Shown here: one piece after another, positions 58,961-64,000 of the stretch
How positions within the stretch are numbered: position 1 is the stretch's first letter
Layout of the letters: each line of letters opens with the position of its first letter
Notes under the pieces: generated by a model
The model's database searches: none
What the model was told of the DNA's origin: nothing
What the model saw: only the letters and a program-made list of their open reading frames with translations
Assembly (NCBI RefSeq): GCF_009914755.1
Contig: NC_060944.1
Reading direction: 5' to 3' (one strand)
Source of the DNA: the human T2T-CHM13v2.0 reference genome, Homo sapiens
Length of the DNA stretch: 64,000 nucleotides
Made by a program: the position numbers and the translations under genes

Positions 58961-59359
58961 TGTGATAGTTTGCTGAGCATGATGGTTTCCAGTTTCATCC
59001 ATGTCCCTACAAAGGACATGAACTCATCATTTTTTATGGCTGCATAGTATTCCATGGTGTATATGTGCCACATTTTCTTAATCCAGTCTATCATTGTTGG
59101 ACATTTGGGTTGGTTCCAAGTCTTTGCTGCTGTGAATAGTGCTGCAACACATGGACACAGGAAGGGGAACATCACACACTGGGGACTGTTGTGGGGTCAG
59201 GGGAGGGGGAGGGATAGCATTAGGAGATATACCTAATGCTAAATGACGAGTTAATGGGTGCAGCCCACCAACATGGCACATGTATGCATATGTAACAAAC
59301 CTGCACGTTGTGCACATGTACCGTAAAACTTAAAGTATAATAATAATAAAATTAAAAAA
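58961..59359 (+). mobile_element. Short L1PA3-like insertion with 5' inversion (twin priming)
   Basis: Antisense L1 at 58961-59147 joined to a sense 3' end at 59146-59359. TSD AAA(A/G)TCCCCAACACT at 58946-58960 and 59360-59374. Confidence 0.93.
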
Positions 59360-62202
59360 AAAGTCCCCAACACTGGGCTTCTGGTCTCCCTAACATTTAT
59401 CATTCAAGTTAACAACTTGGAGGCTCCCCTTCTCATGCCCTCAGTTTTGCTTCCACATATTTTTTATTCATTGAGCAATGTAATTGAGAATTCCAAGCTA
59501 TGATGAGCGAATCACCAACCATATAAACTCAAGATTGAATTACTAAAATGATCATCACCATCATTAGGCTCCTATTGCATAGAAAAATGATAGGCACATA
59601 CTTTTAACTATTTTTCAATAGTTCTAATTATTTTCTTGAGATAGTTCTTTTTATAAAAAAGAAAAGATGGAGATTGTGGATTCAGTTGCTTCAGGACTTT
59701 AAAAAACCTATTACCTTGTTTTTCTAAAAAAAGGTGTCACTTTTTGCTTTTTTCATCCCACAGTGATTGTGCAGAGAACTCTAAAATGCCACTAGCAAGG
59801 GTAGTAGGAATTAGACAAGCTGCTCCCCCATGGTAATTGTCAAATCATCTTACTTATACTAAAGTAATGATATGTCCATGTCTACTCATCCAGTCTCGCT
59901 GCCTAGGTGGACAACCATCCAGGAAGAAATAGACCCAGAACATAACAACCCTCTCTCACAACTTGGAGGCCTGGTGAGTGATGGCAGCTGATACAGCCAT
60001 GCATCAGCCTAGCACATCTTGCCACATAAGCTGGATGTGAAAACAACAGCATCAGAAAAGACAGTCCAGCTCTTGTGAGTCATTTTCCTGATTGATCTAA
60101 TTTACCTTGAAGGTTAATGTATTCTAAACTAATTCAGAGATTAATAACCACTTAAAGATATATGAAAGACATTTCGCTCTCTGTGAGCAGTGTGTCATAA
60201 CCTCATTTATTGCCTCTTCAATGACTTTGGGAATTATTTGATGAGATTTAAAGGGAAATTTGATTGTAGGATATGGAGAGTGACAGGTGCAATACATACA
60301 GGGCTTTGGAAATTATTCTTGTTAATAATAAAAACAAGCATGTAATTTGATTTTCCATAATGTGATCTTCAAAAGCAAATATTTATTTTCAAGCTGGAAA
60401 TCATTTTTATCTATTGAATGAGATAATTGAATATGCTATTTTGCTAAAAAGGAAAGATTGCTTTTAACATAAAAAGTGACACACATGTTTTTATTACACT
60501 CCATATATTTAATCACAATGAACGGCCAATTGCTGAGGGAGCCTTATGTGTGGATATCTTAAATAGAGGTTCATAAAGAATGTTTCTGCTACTTGTTTTC
60601 AATCAACTGAAATGTATTCATTAGTAGAATGTGGTTAAACTCATTTGAGCATGCTTAAAGATGGGGTATCCAACCCAACAAATGGGAAAATCATCCCAAC
60701 AAACCTCTTTCTCTTCCCCTTCTAGTGTTTTCCTCTCAAATTTTTATTTACTTTATTTTTTTTGATCTACTTTTCTATTTAACTCTACCTCCAATTTCCA
60801 AGTTCAAAGTGATCACTGATAGGTAGTAAATGTGATTGCACTAGCAGGAAAAGAAGTGTTATGATTTATAGGTATTGGAGTGATATGGAGTAAAAATGTG
60901 GTATTTCTCTCACCTCCGCTTTGAGCTATGATCATAGTTATTTGAAGAGAACAGTTGAATTTAGGCTTTTGAACAAATAATCACGATCATGATTTTTACC
61001 CTCACCTCTACCTCACTATATAGGAGGAATTTACTAAGCACCTTCTCTGCCTTATCTTCCTTGTTATGTATATCACTCCCATGAGAAAGGTGACCTTATT
61101 ATTCCCAATATGCAGAATGGGGAGCTGATTTTCTTCCTATTTACCTGCAATTTTGCCTGAAGTCCAAGAAGTGCTATGTACCCTCATTTTTTTCCCCTCA
61201 ATTCAAACAAGTGAGTTGTTCGAGAATCATTGATCGTATGGGTATCTCTATAAGAAGAAGTCTACTGTATGTCCTGGGAGGATACTGCTTAGGCTGTAAA
61301 ACTTTTGATTTTGTGCCTCTACTTATCTAAAGAGGGTAGTGAAGAGATTGGAAAAAAACTCATGGGCTGAGACTGGGGGTGGCCTGCAATTCCAGTGCAT
61401 GATGCAACAAAGATGTGGGAGTTTCTCACATGTCCTTAAGAAGTAAGGAAGCCAGCTGTGCACTTTTCCACTGATATCTTCCTGTGAGGGCTGCCGACTA
61501 GAAAAAGAATCTGTGGGAAGTGGTAGGTGGCATAAGTGTTGTGAAAAGACCCCACAGACCTTTGCAAAGCACCCAGACCTGAGAGCCATTCAAATGCTGC
61601 CACACAGAGGGCGTTGACAGCCAGTGAAGAGTAGTAAGAGAAGCAGCCACCACAGAGCGGAGCATGGAGACTGTCTATCCAGCAAGGAGACATTTCCCTC
61701 TTAATCCTTGTCCTACATCCCAACAACCCAACAACCCAACAACAGAAACGTTCCAGCCAAGGAGGTGCATAAGAAGCTATTCATGCCCTTCTCACCACTG
61801 CAAGCACCTTTGCCCACATGTCTGGCAAGCACTAGGGTAGGTGAACTAGGTAGGTGAGACGGCAGTGAGCTATGATTGTATCATTGCAATCATTGTACGA
61901 CCTGGGTGATGAAGCGAGACACCATCTTTGGAAAAAAAATTTTTTTGAATTTATGAAAAACTATTACGGGATTTGGAAAGAGGGTTTCAACCACTCAGAA
62001 GAAAATAGTTTATTTATACCCCTCAAGGAGTTGACTCCACTATAAATATAAAATACTATATAAATTTAAAGATTATTTACCTCTCAACTAAAATGTTTAT
62101 TGGGTATAAAAAAGTGCCAGGTTGCATACTGTCTCTTTGATACAATATACAAAAGAACATGTATTCAATATATTCAAATTATGAAACATAGCAATAAAAT
62201 GA

Positions 62203-62538
<336 letters not shown>

Positions 62539-62556
62539 GAAATATGGTATTTTTAA

Positions 62557-63500
62557 AAAAAAATTTATTTTAAGTTCTGGGGTACATGTGCAGGATGTGC
62601 AGGTTTGTTGCATAGGTAAACATGTGCCATGGTGGTTTGCTGCACCCATCAACCCATCACCTAGGTATTGAGCCCAGCATGCATTAGCTATTTTTCCTAA
62701 TGCTCTCCCTTCCCCCACCCCACCCCCTGACAGGCCCCAGTGTGTGTTATTCACCCACCCATGTCCATGTGTTCTCACTGTTTGGCTCCCACTTACAAGT
62801 GAGAACGTGGTGTTTGGTTTTCTGTTCCTGCCTTAGTTTGCTGAGGATAATGGCTTCTGCCTCCATCTATGTCCCTGCAAAGGACATGATCTCATTCCTT
62901 TTTATGGCTGCATAGTGTTCCATGGTGTATATGGACCACATTTCCTTTACCCAGTTGATTGCTGATGAGCATTTAGGTTGATTTCATGTCTTTGCTATTG
63001 TGAATAGTGCTGTAATGAACATACGCATGCACGTATCTTTATAATAGAATGATTTATATTTCTTTGGGTATATACCCACTAATGGGATTGCTGGGTCAAA
63101 TGGTATTTCTGATTCTAGATCTTTGAGGAGCGAATAGGCAACCTACAGAATGGGAGAAAATTTTTGCAATCTATCCATCTGACAAAGGTCTAATATCCAG
63201 AATCTACAAGGAAATTAAACAAATTTAGAAGAAAAATGAAGCCCATTAAAAAGTAGGCAAAGGACACGAACAGATACTTCTCAAAAGAAGACATTCATGC
63301 AGCCAACAAACATATGAAGAAAAGCTCAATATTACTGGTCATTAGAGCAATGCAAATCAAAACCACAATGAGATACCATCTCATGCCAGTGAGAATGGTG
63401 ACTACTAAAAAGTCAAGAAACAACTGATGCTGGTGAGGTTGTGGAGAAACAGGAACACTTTTTCATTGTTGGTGGGAATGTAAGTTAGTTCAACACTGTT
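62557..63500 (-). mobile_element. L1PA8/10-like insertion with 5' inversion
   Basis: Antisense 3' end at 62557-63129, then a sense ORF2 piece at 63128-63499. The target-like sequence AATATG(G)TATT(T/C)TTAA flanks both ends. Confidence 0.88.
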
Positions 63501-64000
63501 TAATATGTATTCTTAATGATACAATTATTAAGTTTCTGTGTGCCTCTCTTTGACCTCACTTTCTTTGCCTAATTAATTTATAATTATTTCCCATTATCTG
63601 GAGTACTGTGCATGTCCCCTACCATCTAGCTCATTGGCTAGCACAGTGCAGGTACACAAACGTTTGATGAATATCCTTATGAGGGATGCAGATAACAATG
63701 ATGAAGACCATGACAATAATTGCCTTTATGGAGCATATTCCATGGGCCAGGCTCTGTCTTTTTCTCTGTTTATAATCAACACAAATATTCTGCAAGGTAT
63801 TTTATAATATTGCTATGTTACAGCTGAAGACACCAAAGCAATCACAAGCATAGTCGTTTGCTAAAGCCACACACAGTCACTAAATGGCCAGACCAGAATT
63901 GAAGCCAACTCTTTCAAGTGACAGAGCTTTTTCTCTTTTCGTTGTGCTAACTTAACTCAGTCTCTTACTTCTCAGTGTCTGTTACAGGATCAGGCCTGGA

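Overview
Primate, almost certainly human, genomic DNA. It is identified as the PFDN4 locus (20q13.2 by established knowledge) from three coding exons that translate to prefoldin subunit 4 and from a young SVA insertion. Bases 1-8.3 kb hold the 3' part of PFDN4 on the + strand: the end of intron 1, coding exons 2-4 (2677-2784, 3626-3766, 7345-7476) and an AU-rich 3'UTR with several poly(A) signals. A near-consensus CTCF motif follows immediately. The remaining ~56 kb is gene-poor and rich in repeats: 13 Alus, several L1s (a 4.1 kb dead L1PA, two twin-primed inverted L1s, one apparently mosaic L1), a 5'-truncated SVA, solo LTRs (THE1/MST, MLT1, MLT2, LTR40-like), MER DNA transposons, MIR/L2 relics and a 17-bp minisatellite. 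None of the ORFs in the supplied track is a real host gene, and the track misses the PFDN4 exons. I see no clear-cut new biological system. The best leads are: (i) an inverted-Alu-flanked, stop-free, 249-nt exon 2+3 circle; (ii) a sense solo LTR that could supply an in-frame alternative last exon for PFDN4; (iii) two neighbouring inverted L1PAs that share non-consensus variants, with a mosaic patch and AT-to-GC bias suggesting ectopic, GC-biased gene conversion; (iv) one L1-endonuclease site used twice. Repeat subfamily calls come from recalled consensus sequences and need RepeatMasker/Dfam confirmation.
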